A DNA stretch of 64,000 bases from Vicugna vicugna (GCA_013265495.1 MU058584.1:780616-844615); one strand, 5' to 3'; numbered from the stretch's first letter, positions 1-14,033 are shown. Notes: a model not told the origin generated them from the sequence alone. A program made the numbers and translations.

Positions 1-780
1 TTTTTTTTTTTTTTTTTTACCAATACTATGCTGTCTTGATGACTGTAGCTCTATAGTATTGTCTAAATTCTGGAAGAGTTATTCCTCCAGCCTCTTTCTT
101 TTTCTTCAGTAATGCTTTGGCAATTCTAGGTCTTTTGTTCCATGTAAGTTTTATTATGATTTGTTCTAGTTCTGTGAAGTATGTCCTGGGTAATTTGATA
201 GGGATTGCATTAAATCGGTAGATTGCTTTGGGCAGTGTGACCATTTTAATAACAATATTGATTCTTCCAATCCAAAATCTTTCCATTTTCTAAAGTCTTC
301 CTTAATTTCCTTCATCAATGGTATATAGTTTTCTGCGTATAAGTCTTTCACCTCCTTGGTTAGATTTATTCCTAGGTATTTTATTACTTTGGGTGCTATT
401 TTAAGAGGGATTGTTTCTTTACTTTCTTTTTCTGTTGATTTGTCATTAGTGTAAAGAAATGCAACTGATCTTGTAACCTGCAACCTTGCTGACTTCTTCG
501 ATTAGTTCTAGTAGTTTTTGTGTGGACCTTTTAGGGTTTTCTAAATATAGTATCATGTCACCTGCATATAGTGACACGTTTACCTCTTCTTTTCCAGTTT
601 GGATCCCTTTTATTTCTCTCTTTTGCCTGATTGCTGTGGCTAGGACTTCCAAGACTATGTTGAATAGGAGCGGTGAGAGTGGGCAGCCTTGTCTTGTCCC
701 AGATTTTAGTAGGAAGCTTTTGAGTTTTTCACCGTTGAGTACTATGCTGGTTGTAGGTTTGTCATATATAGCTTTTATTA
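1..780 (-). mobile_element. Young LINE-1 ORF2 (reverse transcriptase region) fragment, 5'-truncated, abutting a poly(T) run at 1-18
   Basis: Minus-strand ORFs 446-652, 166-483 and 26-286 give frameshifted L1 ORF2 peptides ([75 protein letters not shown]). Closely similar to 46918-47704. Confidence 0.95.
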
Positions 781-2199
781 GAATTACTTTTGAAAGAAGT
801 TAATCCATATCTTTAGGATTTGCCAAACCAAGCAGTCCTTATCTAAGTTCTGTGAGATGCCCACAGGCCTTCCTGGTTTTCCTTAAATTTATGCTATGGA
901 GAAATTTGCCTAATTCATCTACCCTTGAAGCCAGATCCAAATTACCTGTAATGAGTAAAAACTCACCTGCCCGCCATCAGAGAGGTGCTAACATCTTCCA
1001 GACTTGCACCCATCTGCCCTGTTCCAGCAGACTAAGGGAATTCAGGCTCGTTAAGGGAAACTCAGAGATGCGGAGAAATCAAAGGTATATTTAAAGTCTT
1101 CTCTTCTCTAATGCAGCTGCTGTTAATGTTTTTGTGTGTTTTTCTCTCAGATATTTTTTCTATGTACTTTAAAAAATATTGAAGTAATTAGTGCTATCAC
1201 ATAAACATTTCCTCATATTGTTATTTAAAATTTATAAACCTAATTTTTTACTTGCTGAATACTGTTTCTTCAGATGGACTTGTTAGTCTAATCTTTCCCT
1301 TAGTGTTGAACATTAATATTTGTCTTCTAGCTTTTTGCTACTATAAATAATGCTGTGATAAATTTTTTAAGTAAGATGTTTTCCATATTTACGACTATTT
1401 CCCAGAAGTAGAATTATTTGGTCAAAGGAAAATTTCAAACACATAAAAGTGGAGAAAATAGTGTAATGAACTTGCATGTATTCATGAACCTCTCACTCAA
1501 TCCTGACAAGGATGAATTTATTTCCAGTCTTGTTTCATTTCACTGTCTTTTCACTATCACCGCAACTGAATTATTTTGAAGAAAATGAAAACCATTATAT
1601 AATTTTATCTATAAATAATTCATTGTTTCTTTAAAAGATAAGGAATTTAAAATTTTGTAATTTTTAAAAAAATTTATAAATTAAAAATTTTGAATCGTTA
1701 AATCACACTAATATATACTGCAATTAATTAGTCTCTTAAGTCTTATTTAAGCTATAAATTTCACACACCCGTATATCATTTCAAGAACATGGTAAAGAGC
1801 TTCCCACAGCTGGATCTTATTGATTGAATGTAACAAGCTCCTGTATTTTTTTGTGATTTAGAGTGAGGTAAGAGGCTTGATTATATCATATTTGATTATT
1901 ATTATTTTTGGCCAGAATATATCATAGATGGTATCTGCCAGAAGGTACATAATATCTGTTTCTGTCTTTTTTCTATTTTTTTTATTAAAGCTTGATTACT
2001 TTCTTTCCTGCTACAGGTATTCCTCACAATCTTGTAGTCAGCTCTTGATTTGTATTTAAAGGGAGGCAACATACAGCTGCTTAGGAGCTCTGTGATTGTT
2101 TCTTTCTCCTGATAGTCTTCATTTTAGCACAGATGGGCAAGGAGCAAGCTGTTACAGCAGTACCTCCCAACTGCCACAACCTGAGGGCTGTCTCCAGTG

Positions 2200-4500
2200 C
2201 TGTAGCTTTGAGAAGTGCGAGTCCTCCAGCTTTGTCTTTGCCAGGATTGTTTTGGCTCTTCTGGGTCTCTTACATTTACCCTGAATTATTGGATCAGTTT
2301 GGAAGTTTTTGTAAAAGAAAAAACGGGGCTACTGTGAATTTGTTAGGAATTATATTATACCTGTGTATTATTTTAGCAAATACTGTCATCTTAAAGATAT
2401 TGTGTTCTGATCTGTAAGCATGGAATGCCTTTCATCAGGTCATTTTTTTTAAACAAGTTTTTGCAGTTTTCTGCATACAAGACTTGCACTTCTTTTGCAA
2501 ATGTATTCCTAAGCATTTCACTGATTTTGATATGATTATAAATGGAATTGTTTTCTTAATTTCATTTTTGGAATGTTCATTGCTAATGTTTAGAATTAAA
2601 ATTCATATTTGTATATTGAGGTTGTATCCTGCAACCCTGCTCAACCTGTTTCTTAGTTCTGACAGTTTGTGTGTGTGTGTGTGTGTGTGTGTCTGTAGAT
2701 TTTCTAGTATTTTCTATATATTAGGTTGTATTATGAGAATAGAGATATTCTTTCTTCCTCCATACTAGGCCTGATTACTTTTATTTCTTTTTCGTGTCTA
2801 ATTGCACTGGACCTCCAGTTTGATGATGAATTGACATGGCAAGAGTATACATTCTTGTCTTGTTCCTAATCTTAAGAGGAAAGCTTTCAGTCTTTTTTCA
2901 CTCCATATGATGCTAGCTGTACATTTTTATAAATGCCCTTAGTCAGATTAAGGAAGTTTCCTTCTATTGTTAGATTGTTGAATGTTTTATCATAAAAGAG
3001 CTGGATTTGTTAATTCTTTTTCTACATAATTTAGATGGTCATGTTTTATTTTTTCCTTCATTCTATTGATGTGATGTATTACATTGAATGATTTTTTTTA
3101 CATGTTGAATCACTCTGATTCTTGATAAAAATGCCACTTGGTTATGTGTAAAATCCTTTTAACATACTGCTGTATTTATTTTGCTAGTATTTTATTGAGA
3201 ATTTTTGTGTCTATATTCATAAGGGGTATTGTTCTGTAGTTTTCTTTCCCATGGAGTAATGCTCGCCTTATCAAATAGTTATAAAGTGATCCCTTCTCTT
3301 CTATATTTTGAAAAATCTTCAGAAGAACTGATGTAAATCCTTCTTCACATGTTTGGTGGAATTCACCAGTGAAGCCATCTGGGCCTATGTTTTTCCTCAT
3401 GGGTAGTTTTTTGATTACCAATTCAACCTTCTTTATTATTTTAGATCTATTCAGATTTTCTGTTTCTTCTTCAGTCAGTTCTTGTACTTTTTATTTTACT
3501 AAGGAATGGTCAGTTTCATCTAGATTATTCAATTTGTTCACATACAGTTGTTTATAGTATAGTCTTACAATCTTAAAAAATATTTTTATAAGGTCAATAA
3601 TAATGTTTTCTTCATTCATTTCTGATTTTAGTAATTTGAGTCCTCATTCTTTTCTCTTGGTCAGTCCAGGTAACAGTTTGTCAATTTTGTTGATTTTTTT
3701 CAAGGAACCAACCCTTGGTTTTGTTGACTCTCTTTATTATTTTTCTATTCTCTGTTTTATTTATGTCTTCTCTAATCTTTATTATTTACTTGCTTTTGTT
3801 TGCTTTGGTTATTTTTTTTCCATTTTCTAATTCATTAATTAGAAAGAGGTTAACCATGACTACAGATGTGCGTGGCCTTCTAGGAATATGTTGGGCTTTT
3901 CAAAGTCCCCCATGGACCTACATACCCAGATTTTCCTTTTACACTTTTTGGCCAGCCTCTTGTTTTCCCCAACTGGTATTGCTGCCTTCTATTACTGCAA
4001 TGTTAAACCATTACCACTGATTGCTTTAGACAAATATCTTAGGAATAGGGTTTTATTACTGAGTGAGATACGAGTCAGATCAAGCCCTGTGAGTGGAGTT
4101 TTTCCAGACAGTTATCAGACAGGTAAAATAGTGGCAATTTTCTGGGGATTTGCCTTTTGGAGAGCTCCAAACCCCTCTGTCCCTTCTAGTATCTACTAGG
4201 CTGCTGTTTTTTCACAGACATCATGGTTTTGAGGCTGATGGTGTTTTTTAAAAGCCACACCACAGAGCTAGACAAAAGGGGATGAGAATATAGGAAACGA
4301 AAACTACAAAACTCAATTTTCCTGCCTACTTTCAGCCATTTTTCTACAATCAGTGCTCCTCCGATTGTGGCAAGCCTTTGGTTAGCTTCCAGTTTTGAAA
4401 AAGTTGATTTTAACAACATTTTCAGTGTTTTGTTGCTTTGTTGGAGTACATTTTTGGAGGTGCCTTTTCCATCATGCTGGAAGTTCTCCTTTTCCTAACA
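2200..4500 (-). mobile_element. Old degraded LINE-1 (L1M-type) fragments, ORF2 and probable upstream parts
   Basis: ORF 3176-3421 gives GPDGFTGEFHQT...NYRTIPLMNIDTKILNKILA, typical of L1 ORF2, in T-rich antisense L1 sequence. Boundaries are approximate and 3860-4500 is less certain. Confidence 0.8.
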
Positions 4501-7500
4501 TTTCGATGCAAACTCAGGTGGAAGTAGGTACAAATGCATGTAAACAGATCATCTTGAAGTGGCTAACCTGATTTTTTAAAATAACTGAATGTTAATATTA
4601 CTATTCCTCTTGTAAGATACTCGCCTTAACATATCTCACAAGGGCAGAGTATTTTATAATCATGTCTCAAAGTTTGTGAACATAACCTCAAAATCTGGGG
4701 TTTAGCTTAAAAAAGAAGACAATCCCATGATTTATCCAATGACTGATTTTTTGGAGAGAATACAAACTGGTGAACGGCAATGTATCTATATGCTTTATTT
4801 TTTAAAGGATTTCATTTAGAAGATACAAACATTTTTCTCCCTTGACAGTTCCCTTAAATATATACAAGCATTGTCCTTACAGTCACTTGTATAAGTGGAC
4901 TAACTGAATCATTAAATTTTACGGTTCAGACAAAAACAATTCGTAACCTCTGGTTAGCTCAGAACCGTAAGTCTTTGAGCCTTTGTTCATCTTACTTGGT
5001 TTAGGTGAGTGAACCAAAAAGAATTTAATAAGTAGGTAAGTTAGACCCAGAATTTTGCTGCACCGTTATAGGAATGCAAAGGATGAGACCCAGAGGCCCC
5101 TGTCTCTGCTGTCATTAAAAAGTCTCCCAACATATTCCTTCTCTTACTTCCCGTACCCTCCAGAACGTTCTTTATAGGAAAAAGCTGTTTAACTCATGGA
5201 GCAAGACTCTACCTAGTATTTACAAATAAGCCCTTGACTGAAAGCATAATGAAAATATCAATTTTCAGTTGGCAGGCCAAATAAAAGTTCTATTTTAGAC
5301 ACTTTTGTTTCTTATTTTTTTTCCAAGTATACAGCTGAAATTATGATGATAGTTTCACATTTCTCTAATCTATTTTTTCTTTTCTTACATTGGGCCTGTT
5401 TAGATCCCCAAAGCCAGAACACCAATTTTATTTTCATTTGATTCTTCTTTTCTCTGAAAACTACAAATTAAGTCTCTTTATATTATTCTAAAAACAGGCT
5501 TCTTTTCTCTTCTCCATCCCTGGTTTCTCAAATAATTGCTCCTTTGTGAAGAACCGAACAATAGTAAACCACTAGTAATCTGTTGCTGGTTTAAGTCCTA
5601 TATTTAACCGGCAAGTTGTTTAATCAGAAACATAATCTGACCTATTGGGTAACCAAACTTTGTTTAATATATCTGAGGATAATATATCTCCATTTCTGAC
5701 CGAGACATTCTCATCTAGTTTTCCATAGACAACAGACACTTTTTAGTACAAAACAGGATATACCAAAATTATATCATTTGATAAAATTTGAAAGTGGAAA
5801 ATTAAAAGTTTAACCAATATTTTATTTTTATGTTTATCATTCCACAGAAGGTTTTTGTGTGGTTTCTTTTTCCACTTTTTTTTTTCATTTTCTTTAAGAC
5901 ATTATTCTCAATGTACATTTTGGGATGTGATTATGATTATATAATTTGTTTCAGATTTGAATACTCTGGGTTGTTTCTAGAGACACTGTCTTTTAAACTA
6001 ATTTCAAAATGGAAATAAAAATACTGGAGAATCGAGATTGAGAGATAGGAGGCCTGTTCAAATGCAGCTGGTAACCATGCCTTAACTTCTCTGGAGTTTC
6101 CCTCTTATTCTATTGCTAACTCACTTCAGATCTTGATCAACTGGTTGGGTAAACGTTACCACATTTTCTGCAAGATGGTTGCTCTACACTGGATTAGGGA
6201 TCAAGATACTTAGGTCTTCATCCTGCCTTTTTATTAACCAGAGTGATGTGGGGTCAAGTTATTTATTCTTTCTAAGCCTCAGGTTTCCTCATCTATAGCA
6301 TAGAGCAGACTGTGTATGGGGGGGGAAAGAGTTGGGTTCAAGGAGCTTTAAGTATATTTTTCTGTGACTCAAAAAAAAGAAATATTTCTGGTTGTGTAAT
6401 ATAAGTCTTAATTATCCAGTGCGTTTGACTTTCCCTAATTTCCTTGATAACCATCCTTTTTCTATATATTTCCATATATATGTATATGCACATTTTGTGT
6501 GTATTTCTGTCTTCTGTATTCCAGCCAGTTAACAGTTATTGGGTGTAAGATACTATTGTAGCTGCTTTATATTTATTAGCTCATTTATTCCTCACAACAA
6601 ACATCCAAGATATGTATCTGGGAAATGGGGAACAAGCAGAGTAAGTAAGTTGTTCAAGATCACTCTAACAGCTAATAGCCGAAGTAAGTATCCAGGTACC
6701 AGAATCATGTTCTTAACCACTGCCCCAGAGCACTTTTTGTGTAAGCATCCTGTGTTCTGTCGTAATATAGCTTCAAGCTACTATCTTTGCCTTTCACTAT
6801 AAAATTGTATAAAATATTCCCCATTCACTGTTCCTCCTTTTATCCACGTACTCATTCCTCAACACCTTCAATCTGACTCTTCATTCCCATTTTTAAGAAT
6901 TATGGCACCTAATTTTTAAGAATTATAGCACCTTCCAAATGCTACTGTAATCTTCTCTGAGCACAGGTAGATACCTGGTTCTTACTTTTGCTCTGTCTTA
7001 CCAACCATAAATGGCTTCCTCTCTTCTCGTCTTCGGATGCACACAGGTGTTTTACATTTGGGACCTTGTCATCATTTCTTTTTGTCTCTAGAATGTGGTC
7101 TGCACTTTCTGGCCTTGATATCTTTGCTGGCTTGGTTCTGTCTGCCTGGAATTCCAAATTGTCTTTGTTCTCTAAGACCTTTTAAAATGCTTTTTTTCTC
7201 CGTGAACTCTTTGTGGTCCATCCAACAAGAAGTTCTCTCTTCCTGAAAGGTCACGTAACAGTTGATCTGAACCTCACTGGTGGCATTTATTTTCTACCAT
7301 GTTATGATTCTACGGGCAAGGATTGAATTCCTACTAAGAACTGGAGGTACTGTGGATACAAAGATGAATACGGCGTAATATTAACTCTCAAGAGGTTTTG
7401 AGGCTGGTGGAGGAGACACATTTGAATATTCAAGGTGGAGAGGTGGGAAAAGAGGGTGAAGGCACTGTGCCAGTTATGAGTAATGAAACGGGAGTTGCAC

Positions 7501-7879
7501 TGCAAATATGCCTCTGTGGGAGGGTTTCCTGGAGAGACTAATGGACCCCAGTTAGTCATCATGCTCTGTGACTGTACAGAGGACCCTTCTTTTCTTTCTT
7601 TGGGAAAATACCTGGCAGAGACACTTGAGGATTATTGTAATCATTTAGGAAAGTAACTGCTATAGTTTCCAGATGGGAGCACTTAACAGTTGAAAGGGAA
7701 TTAAGACACTCTGATTAACTTAGATATGGGTAGGACTGAAGGAAATGGTAGCTGGGAGCCTAGAGAGCAGAAAGACCACTAAGGAAATTGGTCAAGTTTG
7801 CATTTAGGAGTATAATTATAAAGGTAATATATAATGGTATAATTATAGTAGTAATAATGGTCTAATACTAACTGAGGAA

Positions 7880-8010
7880 TACCAGCACCGTTGTAAACTC
7901 TTGAAGTGTACTAACTCATTTATACCTATTAACATTTCCACAAAATAGATGCTATTAACATCCCCATTTTATCCCTCAGAAAACTGAGGCACAGAAGTTT
8001 TAGGTCATGG
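7880..8010 (-). mobile_element. MIR SINE fragment
   Basis: ATCCCCATTTTAT...AAACTGAGGCACAGA matches the MIR core. Confidence 0.6.
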
Positions 8011-8134
8011 GTGGAATGGCTTCCTCTTAAGTTGCACAGAATGCTAGAATGGAAACTTGCCTTGCTCATTGTGGGAATTTTGGTAAAAGTCTTCCCCAGA
8101 TTCTCATGGTTAATAAGTGGCAGAGCAGCGAATG

Positions 8135-8435
8135 GAAAATGGGTTACAGGAGCAAAGTTTCAGTTATGCAAGATGTGTAAGTTCTAGAAATCTAATGTAC
8201 AGCAATATGAATATAGTTAATAGTACTGTATTTTGTACTTGAAATTTCCTAAAAGTTATATCTTAAGTGCTCTCACCACACACACAAAAAATAAGTATGT
8301 GAGGTGATGGATATGTTAATTAGCTTGATTATGGGGATTACTTCACAATGTATATTGTGCGTATATCAAAACATCACATTGTATACCTTAAATATGTACT
8401 TTTTGTCAATTATAGCTTAATAAAGTTGGGGGGGA
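8135..8435 (+). mobile_element. LINE-1 3' UTR end (L1MA/L1MB-like)
   Basis: AAGTTTCAGTTATGCAAGATG...CTAATGTACAGCA...TGAGGTGATGGATATGTTAATTAGCTTGAT...TCAATTATAGCTTAATAAAG. Similar to 12160-12445. Confidence 0.8.
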
Positions 8436-8479
8436 ATGTTAGAACTTGGTTTAAACTCTGTAATTCTCAGGTATCAGCC

Positions 8480-11400
8480 CAATCACTTGATGGGAGCATG
8501 CTCAGCAACCTAGAAGAAGCCACACCCAACTGCACCCCTGGTAAAAGTTCTGCCAACTGCAGACCTGACTACAGACCCAGCAACAGCTATAAGATCTGGC
8601 TCTAACCCTACTTGATCACAATTCTGGAGGCAGGCCCATTAGTCCAGGGACCCAGCAGGAAAAGATCTTCCAAAACCAGGCTGTAAAGACTGGAAGAAGT
8701 GTATACTTTTTGAAATGCACAGACATCAAAGCAAGACTACATCGATCATGAAAAATTAGGCAAACATAACTACACCAAAGGAAACTAATGGATCTCCAGT
8801 AACCAACCCTAAAGAAATGGAGAGCCATGAGCTGCTAACAAAGAATTCAAAATAATCATCTTAAAAACCTCAATGAACATCTGTGAGAGAACACAGACAA
8901 CTGAACAAAATTAGGAAAACAATACACGAGCAAAGTGAGAAGTTTAACAAAGAAATAGGAGCAATAAAAAAGACAGAAAAGAAATCCTGGAGCTGAAGAA
9001 TACAATGACCAAAGCAAAACATTTCAATAGAAAGCTTCATCAATAGACTTGAACATGCAGAAGAAAGAAACAGCAAACTCAAGGACAAGTAATTTGAAAT
9101 GATCCAATTAGAGGAACAAAAAGAAAAAAAATGAATAAAAAAGAGGAAAGAAACCCTACATGACCTATGAGGCAAAAGCAAAAGAATTAATATATGCTTT
9201 ATGGGAGTTTCAGAAGGAGCAGAGAATGAGTCATAAAGCTTATTTAAAGAAATAATGTCAGAAAACTTTCCAAATCTGCAGAGGGAAATGAGCATCCAGA
9301 TTCATGATGCCCAAAGAACCTCAAATAGACTGGACATGAAAAGATCTTTACTGAGACATATTATAATAAAATTGTCATACGTCAAAGACAAAGAGAGAAT
9401 TTTGAAAGCAGCAAGAGAAAAACAACTCATCACATAGAAGGAGATCCCATAAGACTAACAGCAAATTTCTCATCAGAAACTTTGGTTGGTTTCTTAAAAA
9501 TATAAGCCAAATAGATGATCCTTTAGTTAGACTAAGGAAAGACTCTAATAAAATAGTAAATGAAAGAGGGTACATTACAACTGATACCACTGAAATACAA
9601 AGAAAGAAAGAAAAGACTACTATGAACAGTTATATGCTAACAAATTGGATAACCTAGAAGAAATAGAAAATTTTAACAGACCAATAATGAGTAAGGAAAT
9701 TGAATCAGTAATCAAAAAATTCCCAGCAGAGAAACGCCCAGGACCAGGTGGCTTCACTGGTGAACTCTACCAAACATTTAAAGAAGAATTAAAGCCAATC
9801 CTTCTCAAACTCTTCCAAAAAATAGAAAACAAGAGAACACTGCCAAAATCATTTTATGAAGCCAGCATTACCCTGATACTAAAGCCAAATGAGGACACTA
9901 CAAAAAAGAAAGTTACATGACAATATCCCTGATGAACATACATACAAAAATCCTCAATAAAATACTAGCAAACCAAAATCAATAGCACATTAACATGATC
10001 AAGTAGGATTTATCCCTGGGATGTAGGGTTGGTTCACTATCTGCAAGTCAATAAATGTGATACACTACATTAGCAGAGGGAAGAATAAAAGTCATATGGT
10101 CATCTCAATAGATGCATAAAAAGCATTTGTCAAAATTCAACATCCTCCCTCTCATGATAAAAACCCTCAAACCCTTAGGTATAGAAGGAATGTGTCTCAG
10201 CATAATAAAGGTCATTAAGACAAGCCTACAGCTAGCATTATACTCAACAGTGAAAAGCTGAAAGCTTTACCCCTAAAATCAGGAACAAGATAAGAATGCC
10301 CACTCTTGCCACTTTTATTTAATCCAGTACTGGAAGTCCTAGCCAGAGCAATCAGGCAAGAGAAAGAAGTGAGTCATCCAAATTGGAAAGGAAGAAGCAA
10401 AATTGTTTATGTTTGCAGATGACATGATCCTACATATAGAAAACCCTAAAGACTCTACCAAAAAAACTGTTAGAACTTATAAAGGAATTCAGTAAAATTG
10501 CAGGATACTCAACATACAAAAATCAGTTGTGTTTCTACACACTAACAATGAACTATCCAAAAAAAAATTAAGGAAACAATTCCACTTACGACAGCATCAA
10601 AAATAATAGAATACTTAGAAATATGTTTAACTGAGGAAGTGAAAGATCTGTATATTGAAATCTATAACACATTGATAGAAATTTTAAAAGACACAAATAA
10701 ATGGAAGGTATTCTGTGCTCATGGAGTGGAAGAATTAATATTGTAAAAAGAGTCGATACTACCCAAAGCAATCTACAGGATCTATGCAATCCATGTCAAA
10801 ATTCTGATGGCAATGGCATTTTTCATGGACATAGAAAAAACAATTCTAAAATGTATATGGAACCACAAAAGACTCTGAATAGCCAAAGCGGTTCTGAGCA
10901 AGAAGAACAAAGCTGGAGGCATCACACTTCCTGATGTCAAACTCTATTACAAAGCTATAGTAATCAAAACAGTATGATATTGACATAAAAGCAGACATAT
11001 AAATCAATGGAAGAGGACAGAGAGCCTAGAAATAAACCCAGGCATACATGGCTGGTTGATTTTAGACACAGGTGCCAAGAATATACAGTGGGGCAAGTAT
11101 AGTCTCTTCAATAAATGGTGCTGGGAAACCTGGACAACCACATGAAAAATGATGAAACTGGACCCCTGTCTTATATCATACACAAAAATCTGCTCCAAAT
11201 GAATTAAAGACTTATGTGTAAGACTTGACATTGTGAAACTAGTAGGAGAAAATATGGCTATCTGAGATTGGTATGGATGAGGATTTTTTGGATATGATCC
11301 CCAAAACACAGGTAACAAAAGGGAAAATAGACAAGTGGGATTGCATCACACTACAAAGCTTCTGAACAGCAAAGGAAACAGTCAACAGAATGAAAAGACA

Positions 11401-12450
11401 GCCTATGAAACGGGGGAAAATATTTACAAACCAGACAGCTGATATGGGATTAATATCCAATATATATGGGGAACTCAAACATCCCAACAGCCAAAACCCA
11501 TATAACCCTATTTAAAAATGGGCCAAGGCTCTGAACAGACATTTCACAAAAGAAGTTACACTAATGGCCAATAGTCACATTAAACAGTGCTTAACATCAC
11601 TAATCATCAGGGAAATTCAAGTCAAAACCACAATGAGATGTTAGCTCACACCTGTTAAGATGACTTATATTAAAAAGTCGAGAGAGAACAAGTGTCACCA
11701 AGGATGTGGAGAAAAGGAAGCCCTTGAATACTGTTGATGGGTATGTAAATTGGACAGCCATAATGGAAAATAGTATGTAGGTTCATCAAAATATTAAAAA
11801 TAAAAGTACCGCCACTTAACCCAGCAATCCCACCTCTGGGTATACGTACAAAGGAAATGAGGTATGGAAACAATCTAAGTGCCCATTGACTGATGAATGA
11901 ATAAAAAAAACAGGATACACACACACATACACACAATGGGATGTTATTCAGCATTTAGGAAGAAGGAAATTCTGCTATTTGCAGTAACATGGATGAACCT
12001 GGAGGATATTATGCTAAGTGAAATAAACCAGACATAGAAACCCAAATACTGCATGATCTCGCTGATACGTGGAATCTAAAGTAGTTGAACTCATAGAAGC
12101 ACAGAGTAGAATGGTAGTTTCTATGGACTGGATGGTGGGACAAATGAGATGTTTGTCAAAGGGTATTAAGTTTCAGTTATATAGGATAAATAAGTTCTGG
12201 GCACCTAGTGTACAGCATAGTTAAAAATTCTGTATTGTATACCTCAAATTTGCTAAGAGAGTAGACCTTAAGTATTTTCATCACATACACACACAAACAC
12301 ACACACACACACAAAAGGTAACAGTGAGAGGTGATGTAAATGTTAGCTTGATTGTGGTAATCATTTGACAATGTATATCAAAACATCACGGGTAAACCTT
12401 AAATACATATAATTTTTGTCAATTATACATCAATAAAGCCGTTAAAAACA
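8480..12450 (+). mobile_element. Long decayed LINE-1 (L1MA-like): ORF1 remnant, internal deletion, ORF2 remnant and 3' UTR
   Basis: ORF1 peptide 9255-9437 (ENFPNLQREMSIQIHDAQRT...RHIIIKL...KERILKAAREK); ORF2 peptides 9645-9920 ([18 protein letters not shown]) and 10701 ([11 protein letters not shown]); 3' UTR ending CAATAAAG near 12431-12438. Confidence 0.92.
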
Positions 12451-13416
12451 AACACACTATAGTTCTCACTCTACAGCCCCTGCTCCTTACTGCTCAGTTT
12501 CCTGTATCGTTTTGGATTTTCCTTGCTTCCGGTGAAGGGAGGGGATCAGTGCTACATAGCCATCAGCTTTTATTCTTTTCTGGTCAGAATGCACTGGCAG
12601 GTGGGGGAGACAAATGGAGTTGTGGGAGGCAGAGAAAGAGAATTAGTGTTCAGGGAGAGCCCCCTTAGGGAAGTGTTAGGGCCAGGCTGGCCCCTAGTTT
12701 TAGCGTTCTTCCATCACTAGGTGTCTCAGTTACTGGCATAAGGAGGGTATTTCCTAAGCACTGCCGGGATTTCAGGCCCTACTAGCACCATGTTTTGCCT
12801 TAACTCATTGTGACTCACCCTCCAGTGATGGGGACATAGGGTGAATGATGCCTGAAATTCTTTATTCCTGGACAAGAAAGTCATATTCTCTCCACTTATG
12901 CAAGTGTAACTTGTTTTCAAGACAAGGAACAAAGCTCATTGCTAGCCTGGGCCTGTACTCGGATTTTCTGAAGGGAGGGACACCCTGTTGGCTGCCAAGC
13001 CCCAAGGTCTCCATCCCATCCACATCCTGATGTCCCACTGCTCCCCTGCTGCCACCTACATGCCCTGCTTCATCTTTCTCCTTTGACAAATTGTCTTTCT
13101 CCACTGTGAGGTTTAGATACCCCATGCTGCAGTAGCTACAGTTCACTTGGCTTCTTGGAGTAAAAGCTGCTGAAAGAGCTGGGCGTTCTTGACCTCTGAC
13201 TTTCCCCTGTCTTGTCCTTTTTAGTTCTCATTCCGCAATGGCTCTGAGGGCTATAGGAGTGTTCATCTCGTGTTCATGTCGTGTTCATCTGACTCCCAGC
13301 TGACTCCCAGAAGTGACTTCCAGGGTGAGCAAGAGATACTCTCTCTGCTCTTCTTCTGTCTTCTTTGTTTAGGACACGCACTTTCCCAGCTCACTCAGGT
13401 AGTATTGTAGGCATTA

Positions 13417-13790
13417 ATTCATTCATTCATTCATTCATTCATTCATTCATTCAACATTCAGTACATATTTATGAGTTCCTACTATGTGCCAAGAATAGTT
13501 ATAGACCCTTGGGAATATGGGAGTAAACAAGATAAATGGTATTTACATTCTATTGGATATAAAGAATTAAATATATAATGTGTTAATCAGTTGTAAAATG
13601 GAAAAGAAAATAGGAAAGGCAGATAGAAAGTGTTAGTGAGGGCAAAATATTAGAAATGGTGGTCAGAGTTCACTGAAAAGTTGCATTTGAGTGGAGCCCT
13701 TAGGAAGTTAGGGAACAGTCCAGGTGATTAGGTAGGGAAGAGTATTCTGTGTAAAAAGAATATCAAATGCAAAGGCCCTGGGACTGATTA
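13417..13790 (-). mobile_element. L2 LINE 3' end with (CATT)n tail
   Basis: (TTCA)n at about 13417-13453, then CAACA...ATTTATGAGTTCCTACTATGTGCCA and AAATGCAAAGGCCCTG, typical of L2. Confidence 0.75.
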
Positions 13791-14033
13791 TCTGATCTGA
13801 GGAGGCATACTGGCATGTTGGAATAGTTGAAGCAAGTTAGAGCTGCCTTAAGAAGGCCACGGTTTAGGATTAGAAACACCCTGTGGAGAGGAATGGTGCC
13901 TGTTATACTGCATCAGGTATAGCCATTGATGGAAGGTTTAGGTGGCACAGCAAAGATTGGCATCTAAGGAAGGAGGACACACATGGGTGGCAATCTAGAC
14001 AAGACATTGGCAATGGGTGGAGACTGTCCAAGT

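Noticed and set aside
5400..6030. 3'-UTR-like AT-rich region with AATAAA at 6014-6019 as a distal poly(A) site of the upstream gene (UAP1 in human synteny)
   Set aside because: I recognise no UAP1 sequence in the window, there is no clear downstream GU-rich element, and AATAAA is common in AT-rich DNA.
6889..6933. Near-perfect 22-bp direct repeat, possibly CRISPR-like or regulatory
   Set aside because: Two adjacent copies with no spacers; an ordinary slippage duplication in eukaryotic DNA.
7005..7014. Perfect CArG box CCATAAATGG
   Set aside because: An isolated 10-mer 15 kb upstream of the TSS, expected by chance in a window this size.
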